DNA of 52,253 nucleotides from contig JAKAVN010000005.1 of assembly GCA_021827495.1 (NCBI GenBank), positions 1 to 52,253 of the forward strand, in the 5' to 3' direction. The stretch is from Deltaproteobacteria bacterium (GTDB lineage Bacteria > Desulfobacterota > Binatia > Binatales > Binataceae). The notes beneath the pieces are model-generated. The model was given only the letters and a program-made list of their open reading frames with translations. It did no database searches and was not told the origin of the DNA. The position numbers and the translations under genes are program-made. Shown here one piece after another: positions 19,631 to 29,063 of the stretch. Every line of letters starts with the position of its first letter. Within the stretch, counting starts at the first letter, position 1.

Positions 19631-20413
19631 ATGGTCAGGCGCAACAAAACCAACTACGTCATCCAGTCGGTTGCTCACGCGCTCGACGTGCTCGAACAGT
19701 TTTTCGGCGAGGTCGACGAACTCGGCGTCACCGAACTTTCCAAGCGCCTCAAGCTGCACAAGAACAACGTCTTCCGTCTGCTCGCCACGCTCGAGGCGCG
19801 GGGCTATATCGAACAAAATCGGGCGACCGAAAACTACCACCTCGGGATCAAGTGCCTGCACTTGGGGCGCCGCTATATTGATCACATGGGACTGGTGCGG
19901 CAAGCGCGGCCGATCCTGGCCGAGGTCGCGCGGCGCTGCCGCGAAAGCACTTTCGTTGCGATTCTGCGGCGCGAGAGCGTGGTCCCGCTGGAGTCGGCCG
20001 AGCCGTGTGACCGCGTGGTCCGGATCACGACGCCGCTGGGCCAGGCGCTGCCGCTGCATTGCACGGCGGTCGGCAAGGCCCATCTCGCCTTCGATCTCGA
20101 GGAGCAGTTGCGTGCGCGCCTGCCCGAGCAGCTCCCGCGCTTCACCGACCGCACCATCGTCGACCGCGCGCTGCTGTTCGAGCAACTCGACGCGGTGGCG
20201 CGCGAGGGCTTTTCGGTTGAGGCGTGCGAGTTTTTCGAGGACGTCTCGGCAGTGGCCGTGCCGATTCGCGACTATACCCGCAGTGTTGTCGGATCGCTCG
20301 CGGTGGCGGGACCGGCCTACCGCATTCCAGGCGAGCGCATCAAGGCTGAAATAGCGCCGCTCATCATCGAAGCCGGCCGCGACCTCTCCCATCGCCTCGG
20401 CTACAACGAATAG
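19631..20413 (+). CDS. IclR-family transcriptional regulator
   Basis: IQSVAHALDVLE..LGVTELSKRLKLHKNNVFRLLATL HTH; PLHCTAVGKAHLA; AVAVPI. Confidence 0.95.
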   Translation: MVRRNKTNYVIQSVAHALDVLEQFFGEVDELGVTELSKRLKLHKNNVFRLLATLEARGYIEQNRATENYHLGIKCLHLGRRYIDHMGLVRQARPILAEVARRCRESTFVAILRRESVVPLESAEPCDRVVRITTPLGQALPLHCTAVGKAHLAFDLEEQLRARLPEQLPRFTDRTIVDRALLFEQLDAVAREGFSVEACEFFEDVSAVAVPIRDYTRSVVGSLAVAGPAYRIPGERIKAEIAPLIIEAGRDLSHRLGYNE

Positions 20414-20555
20414 CACGTCGGCCTTCGCGCACAGGGCTGCGCGGCGTTTTGCGCCAAGTGTAATAATCGTTAACTTGAGGGTGTGTTGCACAAATGGCCA
20501 CGCCAAGGGAACGCTCCGCGGCCATCCGCGGAAGCCCGGGCTGCATTAGCCCGGT

Positions 20556-20584
20556 TTGACTGGCCGATGGGCCATTGTTAGTTT
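20556..20584 (+). promoter_or_regulatory. Sigma70-like promoter for etfBA
   Basis: TTGACT-N17-TAGTTT with an extended -10 TG. Confidence 0.5.
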
Positions 20585-20692
20585 CTTTGCGTCTCGCGGG
20601 TTCCGGCGCCCCGGAGCGGTAAGCCACGGTCCATCGTTCTCGCTGAACATGCCGGAGTAAGGCGGGCTGAATACACCTGGAGTGAGATTGCA

Positions 20693-21442
20693 GTGAAAAT
20701 TCTGGTTCCCGTAAAGCGCGTCCCGGATCCCGCCACCACCATCCGTATCCTGCCCGACGGGTCCGGAATCGCCACCGACAACATTAAATGGGTGATTAAC
20801 CCGTTCGACGAAATCGCCCTCGAGGAGGCGCTCCGAATCAAGGAGAAGCAGGGTGGCGGCGACGTCGCGCTGCTGTCCGTCGGCCAGCAAGCCTGGCAGG
20901 AGCAGTTGCGCACCGGATTGGCGATGGGCGCCGACCGGGCGATTCTGGTGCGCGCCGACCAGCCGCTCGACACTCTGGCGATCGCGCGGGTGATGGCGAA
21001 GATCGTCGGCGACGAAAAGCCGGAACTCGTGATCATCGGCAAGCAGGCGATCGACGACGACTCAAACCAGGTCGGCCAGATGCTGGCCGAGATGCTGGGA
21101 TGGCCGCAGGCGACCTTCGCCTCGAAGGTCGAAATCGCCGGCACCAAGTGTACGGTGGTGCGCGAGGTCGACGGCGGCGTGGAAACCCTCGCCTTCGAGT
21201 TGCCGGCCGTCATCACCGCCGACCTGCGCCTCAACGAGCCGCGCTACGCTTCGCTGCCGGGGATCATGAAGGCGCGCAAGAAGGAACTGAAGGAAATTCC
21301 GGTCGACAGCCTGGGCCTCGACCTTGCCCCGAAGCTCAAGATAAAGGCGCTCGCCGCGCCGGCCAAGCGGCAGGCCGGACGCAAGGTCGGCTCGGTCGAA
21401 GAACTGGTCGGCGTGCTGCACAGCGAAGCCAAGGTGATCTAG
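20693..21442 (+). CDS. etfB: Electron transfer flavoprotein beta subunit
   Basis: MKILVPVKRVPD, INPFDEIALEEA, GKQAIDDD, LNEPRYASLPGIMKA. Confidence 0.96.
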   Translation: MKILVPVKRVPDPATTIRILPDGSGIATDNIKWVINPFDEIALEEALRIKEKQGGGDVALLSVGQQAWQEQLRTGLAMGADRAILVRADQPLDTLAIARVMAKIVGDEKPELVIIGKQAIDDDSNQVGQMLAEMLGWPQATFASKVEIAGTKCTVVREVDGGVETLAFELPAVITADLRLNEPRYASLPGIMKARKKELKEIPVDSLGLDLAPKLKIKALAAPAKRQAGRKVGSVEELVGVLHSEAKVI

Positions 21443-21530
21443 CCAAGTGATCCGATGATCGCCGCGCAGCCAAAAAACCGCATCGTATCCGCGCCCGGCC
21501 AGCCGGCGGGCGCCGCGGAGTGAATTCGAG

Positions 21531-22508
21531 ATGGGTGACGTACTGGTTTTTGCCGAACATCAGGCGGGACATTTTTCCAAGGCGACGCTGGTCGCGGTCA
21601 ATGCCGGAATCGAACTGGCAAAAAAGCGCGGCGGCGGCAAATGCATCGCCGTGATCGCCGGCGAGAACCTCGACGGCCCGGCCGGCGAGCTGGCCAGGTA
21701 CGGGATGAGCAAGGTCATCGCGCTCGATGACCCGAAGCTGGCGCACTACCTGGCCGATCTCTACGCGCAGGCGCTGAGCGCGCTGGCAAAGAGCCTCGGC
21801 GCCGAATACGTGCTCGCGACCGCGACCGCGATGGGCAAGGACCTGATGCCGCGGGTGGCGGCGCGGATGGGCGCTCCGATGGCGTCCGAGATTGTTTCGA
21901 TCGGCGGCGACGGCACGCTGGTGCGTCCGCTGTACGCCGGCAACGCGCTGGCCACGGTCGAGATGGACGGTCCGATCAAGGTCGTGAGCGTGCGTGCGAC
22001 CGCCTTTGATTCGGCCAAGCCCGGCGATTCCGCCGCTCCAGTCGAAAAGGCCAAGCCCGAACTCGACCCGGCCGGGCTCAAGATGCAGTTCGTCAGCTTC
22101 AACGAGATCAAGAGCGATCGGCCGCAGCTCACCGAGGCGCGCATCGTGGTCTCGGGCGGACGGGGACTCAAGTCAGGCGAGAACTTCAAGACCGTGCTCG
22201 AGCCGCTGGTCGACGAGATGGGGGCCGCGATGGGCGCCAGCCGCGCGGCGGTCGACGCCGGCTTCGTGCCCAACGATTTGCAGGTCGGGCAGACCGGCAA
22301 GGTGGTCGCGCCCGAGCTCTATGTCGCGGTCGGAATCTCCGGCGCGATTCAGCATCTGGCCGGGATGAAGGATTCCAAGACCATCGTCGCGATCAACAAG
22401 GACGAGGAAGCGCCGATCTTCAACGTCGCCGACTACGGCCTAGTGGCCGACCTGTTCAAGGCGGTGCCCGAGATGGTCGAGGCGCTGAAGAAGGTCAAGC
22501 ACTCGTAG
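21531..22508 (+). CDS. etfA: Electron transfer flavoprotein alpha subunit
   Basis: VVSGGRG, GASRAAVDAG, QVGQTGK, GISGAIQHLAGM. Confidence 0.96.
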   Translation: MGDVLVFAEHQAGHFSKATLVAVNAGIELAKKRGGGKCIAVIAGENLDGPAGELARYGMSKVIALDDPKLAHYLADLYAQALSALAKSLGAEYVLATATAMGKDLMPRVAARMGAPMASEIVSIGGDGTLVRPLYAGNALATVEMDGPIKVVSVRATAFDSAKPGDSAAPVEKAKPELDPAGLKMQFVSFNEIKSDRPQLTEARIVVSGGRGLKSGENFKTVLEPLVDEMGAAMGASRAAVDAGFVPNDLQVGQTGKVVAPELYVAVGISGAIQHLAGMKDSKTIVAINKDEEAPIFNVADYGLVADLFKAVPEMVEALKKVKHS

Positions 22509-22819
22509 CGCGCCGCGCGCGGGCGCCACGCAGCTGGCTATTCGCAAATCCGGGGGAGTGTGGACTTGAGCGTTGACGAGTTCGTAGCCCTCGTCGATTA
22601 GCGTCGCGGCACTCCCTACCGTCCGAACTCAGCCAGCGGCACTGCCTCGATGACCTCGACCGGCGAGAGGCGCGTGGTCCTCAAGCGCGCGGACGGCCAA
22701 ACCGTGAGCGATGCGCCGCGGATTGAATTTGCATTGCCGAGGGTGATTTAAAGTTAGCTCAACGGCCGCGCCGCGCGTCGACCAGGTTTGGCGCCCGCCG
22801 GCCGCAACAGGAGCCTCAC

Positions 22820-24889
22820 ATGAAGATGACGGGGATTCTCTTCACTCTTTGCATTTTGGCCGCCGTGGGCGTTTTTTTCTACCAGCTCTGGCGCCGCTTT
22901 CAGCTCCTGCGGAGCGCTGCCCCCGTGTCCCGTTTCGATCGCATTCCAGAACGCGTTCGCGCCGTGCTTGTCTACGCCTTTGGCCAGAGGAAATTCGTGC
23001 GCAGGAATCCGGGAGCCGAGCGGTCCGCCGGGTGGATGCACTTTTTCATCTTTTGGGGCTTTATCATCCTCGGGATCCAGATCCTCACGCTGTTCGGCCG
23101 TGCCTACTCCGACTCGTTCGTCGTTCCCGGCTTTAGCCTGCATCTCCTGGGCGGCCCCTATTCGTTGCTCCGCGACTTCATGGAGGTGGCCGTCCTGTGC
23201 GCGGTTGGGGTGGCGTTGGTGCGATGGGGGATCACGCACGCGCCTCGACTTTACGGCTATCTTCCGCCCGAGCGTCGCCTGCGCGATAAATCCCACTGGG
23301 AGGCCTATCTGATCCTGCTCCTCATCGCGATCCTCATGGTGGCAGGCCTCGTATATGATGGTGGGCGAATCGTTTCTCACCCGAACAACATGCAGATCGT
23401 TCGGGATGCGCGGTGGGAACCTCTCTCAACCTTGGTGGGTGTCGCCCTGGCGAAAGTTCTGGGCGCGAGCTTCGCCTTGCGGGCGAGCAACGTAGCCTGG
23501 TGGGTGCACAACCTCGTCGTTCTCGTCTTTTTGAACTTACTGCCGCCCTCGAAACACTTCCACATTATCACTGCAATCCCGAACATCTTTTTCTCGAAAC
23601 TCGAGCCCAAGGGGCGGCTCTCGAAGCAGGACCTCGAAAATGATTCCCGCTTCGGCACCTCGCACATCGATCATTTCACGTGGAAGCAGATGCTCGACAT
23701 GTTCAGTTGCACGGAATGTGGCCGCTGCTCCTCAAATTGCCCCGCCACGGCAAGCAAGAAGCCCCTGGCCCCACGTCAATTGCTACTCGATCTGCGGGAC
23801 TACCTCTACCGGCATCAGGACGAGATCATTGAAAAGAGGAGCCACCCAGGCAAAGGGGATGGCACGGAACCCTTGGAGGTCGGAGAAAACATTGTCGGTC
23901 CCGTCATCCATGACGACACACTGTGGGCTTGTACCACCTGCCGAGCCTGTGAGGAGGCCTGTCCCCCGATGATCGAGTACGTCGACAAGATCGTCGACAT
24001 GCGCCGTCATCTGGTGCAAGAGGAGGCCCGTTTCCCCAAGGAGCTTACCCGCACCTTCAAGAACATGGAGACGCAATCCAATCCGTGGGGGCTCGATTCC
24101 GAGCAGCGGTTCGAGTGGGCCGAACGGATGAACGTCCCGACCCTCGCCGACAAGCCCGACGCCGAGTTCCTCTACTACGTCGGCTGCGCCGGTTCCTACG
24201 ATGATCGCAACAAGAAGACGACGCAGGCCTTCGTGCGCGTGCTGCAGAAAGCAGGCGTAAACTTTGCCTGCCTCGCGCGCGAGGAACTTTGCAACGGCGA
24301 AACGGCCCGTCGGCTCGGAAACGAGTACCTCTACCAGTCGATGGCCCAAATGCTGATCGAAACCCTCAACAAATACAAAGTTCGTAAGATCATCGTGAAC
24401 TGTCCCCACTGTTTCAACACGATCAAGAACGAGTTTCCGCAATTCGGTGGTTCGTACGAGGTCATTCATGCCTCCGACCTCGTGCGACAATTGATCGCTT
24501 CGGGGCGTCTCAAGATCTCCGCGGAATTCCCGAAGCGGACCGTATACCACGACTCATGTTACTACGGCCGTTACAACGACGTATTTGACGATCCACGGAC
24601 GGTGCTCAGCCGCGCGGGGGCCCAAGTTCACGAGATGGAACGCCACCATAAATTCAGCATGTGCTGCGGTGCTGGCGGAGGGCGGATGTGGCTAGAGGAA
24701 GAACGGGATAAACGGGTGAATCTGCTCCGCACCGAGCAGGCGCTTCAGGTTGACCCTGAGGTCATCGCGGTCTCCTGCCCTTACTGTATGGCGATGCTCA
24801 GCGACGGCATCAAGGCCAAAGACCTAGGGGAGAAGGTCCAGACCCTCGACGTGATGGAAATCGTCGACGAGGTCACCCGGGAGCTGTGA
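22820..24889 (+). CDS. Membrane FeS oxidoreductase (FadF/DUF224 + CCG type), probable ETF:quinone oxidoreductase
   Basis: N-terminal TM region with His residues; CTECGRCSSNCP and CTTCRACEEACP 4Fe-4S motifs; CCG domains (HDSCYYGR, CCGAGGG, CPYC); lies downstream of etfBA. Confidence 0.92.
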   Translation: MKMTGILFTLCILAAVGVFFYQLWRRFQLLRSAAPVSRFDRIPERVRAVLVYAFGQRKFVRRNPGAERSAGWMHFFIFWGFIILGIQILTLFGRAYSDSFVVPGFSLHLLGGPYSLLRDFMEVAVLCAVGVALVRWGITHAPRLYGYLPPERRLRDKSHWEAYLILLLIAILMVAGLVYDGGRIVSHPNNMQIVRDARWEPLSTLVGVALAKVLGASFALRASNVAWWVHNLVVLVFLNLLPPSKHFHIITAIPNIFFSKLEPKGRLSKQDLENDSRFGTSHIDHFTWKQMLDMFSCTECGRCSSNCPATASKKPLAPRQLLLDLRDYLYRHQDEIIEKRSHPGKGDGTEPLEVGENIVGPVIHDDTLWACTTCRACEEACPPMIEYVDKIVDMRRHLVQEEARFPKELTRTFKNMETQSNPWGLDSEQRFEWAERMNVPTLADKPDAEFLYYVGCAGSYDDRNKKTTQAFVRVLQKAGVNFACLAREELCNGETARRLGNEYLYQSMAQMLIETLNKYKVRKIIVNCPHCFNTIKNEFPQFGGSYEVIHASDLVRQLIASGRLKISAEFPKRTVYHDSCYYGRYNDVFDDPRTVLSRAGAQVHEMERHHKFSMCCGAGGGRMWLEEERDKRVNLLRTEQALQVDPEVIAVSCPYCMAMLSDGIKAKDLGEKVQTLDVMEIVDEVTREL

Positions 24890-25172
24890 TGCAGAGTCCT
24901 GAAGAGACCTTCTTCGTGCAAGAACCACACGTTCTGCCGCGGCGCGGGCGGCGGAGGCTTCTGGAAGGAGGAGCGCGGGGGGCTCGCGGATCAACCACAT
25001 GCGCTTCGATCAGCTGAGCGAAGCGAACCCCGAGACGCTGGCCGTGGGATGCCCGTTCTGCATGACGCAGATGGAAGACGCGATGAAGGCGCGCTCGATG
25101 GAGGAGAAGATGCGCGTGCGCAGTATTTCAGAGCTGATCGCCGACTCCACTGGAGCGTTGGAGAACAAGTGA
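24890..25172 (+). pseudogene. Frameshifted C-terminal CCG-domain remnant of a divergent FeS oxidoreductase homolog
   Basis: KNHTFCRGAGGGGFWKEERGG, then a +1 shift in the G6 run at 24977-24982, then SRINHMRFDQLSEANPETLAVGCPFCMTQMEDAMKARSMEEKMRVRSISELI..*. Aligns by eye with the tail of the upstream gene. Confidence 0.85.
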
Positions 25173-25178
25173 GAGGCG

Positions 25179-26594
25179 TTAACCGCCCCAGCCGTACCAT
25201 CGCACCTGCCAGGTGAAGAAGATGACCAGGACGATTGACACCGCGATTAGTATCTTGGTCAATTGATCGGGTTTGCGCGGCATTCCGAGCGCTACCAGCG
25301 TCAGCAGGAACGGGTAGACCTGCACGTAGTAGCGCGGGCCGAGCTGCGCGAAGCCGCTGGCATAGACCAGCAGGCTCGGACCGCTGGCGAGGATCGCCGC
25401 CGCCGCCACCAGCGCGGCAAGCGGCCTCAGAAAGCTCGGCCTGAGCGCCAGTACGACGGCCGGGCTCGTGAGTATCAGCGCCTGGCCCATGAACTCGGGA
25501 TGGATCCACGGAAACTTGTCGCTGTAGCCCGGCGCCATGAAGAGCAGCGTGTAAAGGTTGAACGGCAGATCGCGCAGCGCAAACGGGCCGCCCGGCCGGG
25601 AAAAGCGGTACTTGTCCTGGGCGTACCAAATCCATAGCGCGATATCGTTGGGCGTGCCGAAGCGGACTTCGTTGTAAGCGGCGTAGATCAACACGGCGCC
25701 GGCGAAACCGGGCACCATCCACGCAAGCGCGCGCACTCCCCGCCCGCGCGCCGCCAGCATCAGCGCGTACGCCGGCCACGTGAGCACAAGATCATAACGC
25801 GCCAGCGCCGCCAGCGCCGCCAGGATTCCGACTGCCCACGGCCGCGCTTCGCCGAACACCTCGCCGAGCGCCGCGAGCGTGAAGGGCACCGAGGCGATCA
25901 GCGCGAAGTCCCATGAACTGCCAAGCGTCGCCTCGTACCAGAACGTGGTGCCGACGCCGAAGAAAAGCGTCAGCCATACGCGTGCCGCGACGCCGAGGCC
26001 GATCTTGCACAGCAGCCGCCACACCAGGCCGAGCGAGACCGCCCCGACGATGACCGAGAGCGCGGTTTGGTTCGTCGCCAGTCCCCAAATAGCCACTGCG
26101 GGAAGGGTGATGAGCGCCGCAAGCGGCGGATGCAGGATGTAGCTGCGGCCGCCCACGACCACGTGCTCCATGTAGCTCGGCGCGTCGACCCAGGTGCGGC
26201 CATGCAACAGCGCCCAGGCCAATCGCACGTGTTCGTTGTACGGCGTGGGCGGCGAGGTGGTCGCGGCGTAAAAGGCCAGGAACAGAATCCCGACGGCGCC
26301 GGCGCACCATCCGCCGCGGGCGAGCATGCGTTCGAGCCACGGCCAGCGCCGCGATGCGGTGCGCCGCGGAGCGACCATGAGGTCCGCGCTTATTCCCGCC
26401 AGCCCAAGGATGAACGCGGCGATAATCAGCGCGTTGGGCAGCGCATGCGTTAACCACGGGACGATCAGAATGTCGGCCAGCGCGATCAGCGCGGCGACGA
26501 TGAAAAACCATCGCGCCACCGCCCGCTCATCCGCAGCCTGCACGGCGATCACGGTTCGCAAGTCTTCGACAGCGCTGAGCGGCCGGGCGTCCAC
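25179..26594 (-). CDS. Polytopic membrane protein, probable GT-C glycosyltransferase-like
   Basis: More than 10 TM segments; HPPL, ARYD and GPRYY motifs. Start uncertain (GTG 26594). Confidence 0.7.
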   Translation of the reverse strand: MDARPLSAVEDLRTVIAVQAADERAVARWFFIVAALIALADILIVPWLTHALPNALIIAAFILGLAGISADLMVAPRRTASRRWPWLERMLARGGWCAGAVGILFLAFYAATTSPPTPYNEHVRLAWALLHGRTWVDAPSYMEHVVVGGRSYILHPPLAALITLPAVAIWGLATNQTALSVIVGAVSLGLVWRLLCKIGLGVAARVWLTLFFGVGTTFWYEATLGSSWDFALIASVPFTLAALGEVFGEARPWAVGILAALAALARYDLVLTWPAYALMLAARGRGVRALAWMVPGFAGAVLIYAAYNEVRFGTPNDIALWIWYAQDKYRFSRPGGPFALRDLPFNLYTLLFMAPGYSDKFPWIHPEFMGQALILTSPAVVLALRPSFLRPLAALVAAAAILASGPSLLVYASGFAQLGPRYYVQVYPFLLTLVALGMPRKPDQLTKILIAVSIVLVIFFTWQVRWYGWGG

Positions 26595-26673
26595 CGTGAT
26601 CCGGGTCAGTGCGGCCGGCCCATCAGGCGTGCGCCAGCCGATGCCGCTCGAGCGCAGCCGCGTGCGCCGAAGT

Positions 26674-27645
26674 TCATTTCCGCAGGTCGGCGAGGAATTC
26701 GAGCATCGCGCGGTTGACCTCTTCGGGCTTCTCCTGTTGCGTCCAATGGCCCGCGCCCTCGATCGGCACGGTCTGGCGCAGGTTCGGCACCCACATCCGC
26801 ATCCCGTTTGCCATCTCCGGCCGCAGCACAATGTCCAGTTCCGCCGTGATCATCAGCGCGGGCTGGCTCACCTGGGCGGGCAATCCGGCGCTCTCGTGCC
26901 AATTGCGATCGATGTTGCGGTACCAGTTGAGCGGCCCGCGAAAGCCGCTCTTCTCGAACGCCCGCACGAAAACCTCGAAGTCATCGCCGGTGAGGAAGCT
27001 GCCGTGCGGGAGGTCGGGCAGATGGTCGAGAAGTCCGCCGCCGGCCGGCCCCAGCACGCCCGCGGGCATCTTGCGCAGTTCGGCGAGGCCGGCGCCCTTG
27101 ATCAATTCGCCGCCCTGGTAGAGCGAGCGCAGGCTGCGGCGCACGTCGCGGCCGAGTTCGGCCTCGGCGACGCCGGACTCCTGGAAGTAGACGATGTAGT
27201 TGAAATTGCCGGCCGCCATCGCGCGGATGATATCCATCGGCTTCATCGGCGTGCGCGGAAAGAACGGAGTGTTGAGCGCGATCACCCGCTCGATTCGCGC
27301 CGGCGCCATCAGCGCCGCGTTCCACGCCACGAAGCCGCCCCAGTCATGGCCGGCGACCACGCACTTGTCGATCCCCATCGCGTCGAGCATCCCGGCCAGG
27401 TCGGCAACGATCTCGCGCTGGGTGTAGGCCTCGACCGGTGCGGGCGCGCCGGTGTCGCCGTAGCCGCGCTGGTCGGGCGCGATCGCGCGCAAGCCGGCCC
27501 TCGCCAACGCGCGCATCTGATGGCGCCACGAGTACCAGAGTTCCGGGAACCCGTGGCACATCACGACCGGGTAGCCCTCGCCCGCCTCGGCGACGTGCAT
27601 CCGGATCCCGTTGGTGTTGACAAAGCGGTGGCTGAACTCGCTCAT
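26674..27645 (-). CDS. Alpha/beta hydrolase, epoxide hydrolase-like
   Basis: HGFPELWYSWRHQ, PDQRGYG, GHDWGG, LNWYRN, GHWTQQE. Confidence 0.93.
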   Translation of the reverse strand: MSEFSHRFVNTNGIRMHVAEAGEGYPVVMCHGFPELWYSWRHQMRALARAGLRAIAPDQRGYGDTGAPAPVEAYTQREIVADLAGMLDAMGIDKCVVAGHDWGGFVAWNAALMAPARIERVIALNTPFFPRTPMKPMDIIRAMAAGNFNYIVYFQESGVAEAELGRDVRRSLRSLYQGGELIKGAGLAELRKMPAGVLGPAGGGLLDHLPDLPHGSFLTGDDFEVFVRAFEKSGFRGPLNWYRNIDRNWHESAGLPAQVSQPALMITAELDIVLRPEMANGMRMWVPNLRQTVPIEGAGHWTQQEKPEEVNRAMLEFLADLRK

Positions 27646-27788
27646 CGGCGTGACCTCGGCGATTTCCAAGCTAGCACGCGGGCCGCGCGGTGGCAGCGCC
27701 GGCCTTTGACTTGCCCGCGCGGTGTGATGGACGATGGTTGGGCCTCGCTCGCAGCGGGGTAATGCCAAAGACCGCCGAGGGAAAGCCG

Positions 27789-28781
27789 ATGGCCTTTACA
27801 GTGCAGCCGGACAGCTTCCGCTTCGCAAACGAGTTTCGCAGCGGCGTCGCGGGCAAGCGCGTCCTGATAACCGGAGCCGGCAAGGACGGCGGGCTTGGCC
27901 AGGCCTTCGCGCTGGCGGCCGGCCTCAACGGGGCCGCCGCGGTGGGCGTGCATTTCCATAGCAGCTACTCCGACGGCTTCGACCTGGTCAGCGCGTTGCG
28001 CAAGCTCGAGGTCAATGCGTTTCCGGTGCAGGCCGACGTCACCAACCTGGGCGACCTGTGGGCGACGCGCAGCTATGTGATCGAGCAGATGGACGGCAAG
28101 CCGCCGAACCTGCTGATTTGCAATTCGGGATTGACCGAGAAGGGCTACGGGTTCGGCCGGGCGCTCAAGGAAATCCCCGACGAACCGCTCGCGATGCGCC
28201 GGGCGCGGGTGCGCCAGCACTTCATCGACAGCCTGCACGAATCACGCCTGGTGCTTAATACGAAAATCGACGGCTTCCTCGCCATGACCCACCTATGGGC
28301 GGGCGAGGCGGTCTACCATCAGGAATTCTTGCAGCTCATCTATGTCTCCTCGCGGCAGGCGATCGACCCGGGGGTCTCGGTGCCGGGCTACGTGATCAGC
28401 AACTGGGCAGTGCTCCAACTGCCGAAGATGCTCGCGGTCAATCTGGGCCAGAACGCGAAATTCGTGGGCGCGGCCTGCATCCTGCTGCCCTTCATCCGCA
28501 CCAGCATGACCGACCAGTACGCGGGCAACCCCAAGGTGTTCGGGCGATGGCAGCCGCGGATGCTGGAACCCAACGAGGCGGCCGAGGCGCTCCTGCAGTT
28601 GCTCGCGCGGCCGCAGGCCGAGCTTGATAAAGGGCTGTTCGAGTTGATGGCGGACGGCACGCCTGACGAGGTCGATGTGATTTGGAAGAAAGTCGGGCTC
28701 GAGGTGCGCGAGGAGGCGATGGCATGGAGCAGGGGAGGGTCTTTGCAATTCCATGGCCAGCACCGCGCGGTGAAGAAATAG
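27789..28781 (+). CDS. Atypical SDR-family oxidoreductase
   Basis: VLITGAGKDGGLG Rossmann motif, QADVT, CNSG, YVSS; catalytic motif reads YVISN. Confidence 0.82.
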   Translation: MAFTVQPDSFRFANEFRSGVAGKRVLITGAGKDGGLGQAFALAAGLNGAAAVGVHFHSSYSDGFDLVSALRKLEVNAFPVQADVTNLGDLWATRSYVIEQMDGKPPNLLICNSGLTEKGYGFGRALKEIPDEPLAMRRARVRQHFIDSLHESRLVLNTKIDGFLAMTHLWAGEAVYHQEFLQLIYVSSRQAIDPGVSVPGYVISNWAVLQLPKMLAVNLGQNAKFVGAACILLPFIRTSMTDQYAGNPKVFGRWQPRMLEPNEAAEALLQLLARPQAELDKGLFELMADGTPDEVDVIWKKVGLEVREEAMAWSRGGSLQFHGQHRAVKK

Positions 28782-28942
28782 ACTACCGGGTGCATCCGCG
28801 GCGGATTAAAGATCATGGCCGAGCGCGAGGCGTACCATGCGCGGGTATTCGAGTGCCGGATGCGCGATCTGGACGGCGGCGGCGCGCCAGCGCAACGGAG
28901 GAGGGGAGCGAGCTCACCGAGTTGCTCGGCGATCAGGCGTAG
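28782..28942 (+). pseudogene. Fragment of a ferritin-like (ExxH) protein, frameshifted
   Basis: CIRGGLKIMAEREAYHARVFECRMRDL, then a frame shift to RRASATEEGSELTELLGD; helical pattern with EAYH. Confidence 0.45.
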
Positions 28943-29063
28943 GGCCGGGCTAAGGCGCAATTGGAAAACAACCGCGCCGCGGCTTTTCAAACCTCAGTAC
29001 TTGGACTAGGAACGGCGTGTAAGCAGGCGCACGTCATTTTGAAGGCTTAGGGAGGGAACCCAC

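Noticed and set aside
22510-22750. Possible HicA-like (LSVDEFVALVD*, + strand) and amidase-like (RLSPVEVIEAV, - strand) scraps
   Set aside because: The matches are about 10 aa, too short to support without a search.
24887-24982. Selenocysteine readthrough of the FeS gene TGA into the in-frame CCG remnant
   Set aside because: The upstream protein is already complete, the remnant has lost a Cys and frameshifts ~30 codons later, and no SECIS is evident. In-frame phase has a 1-in-3 chance.
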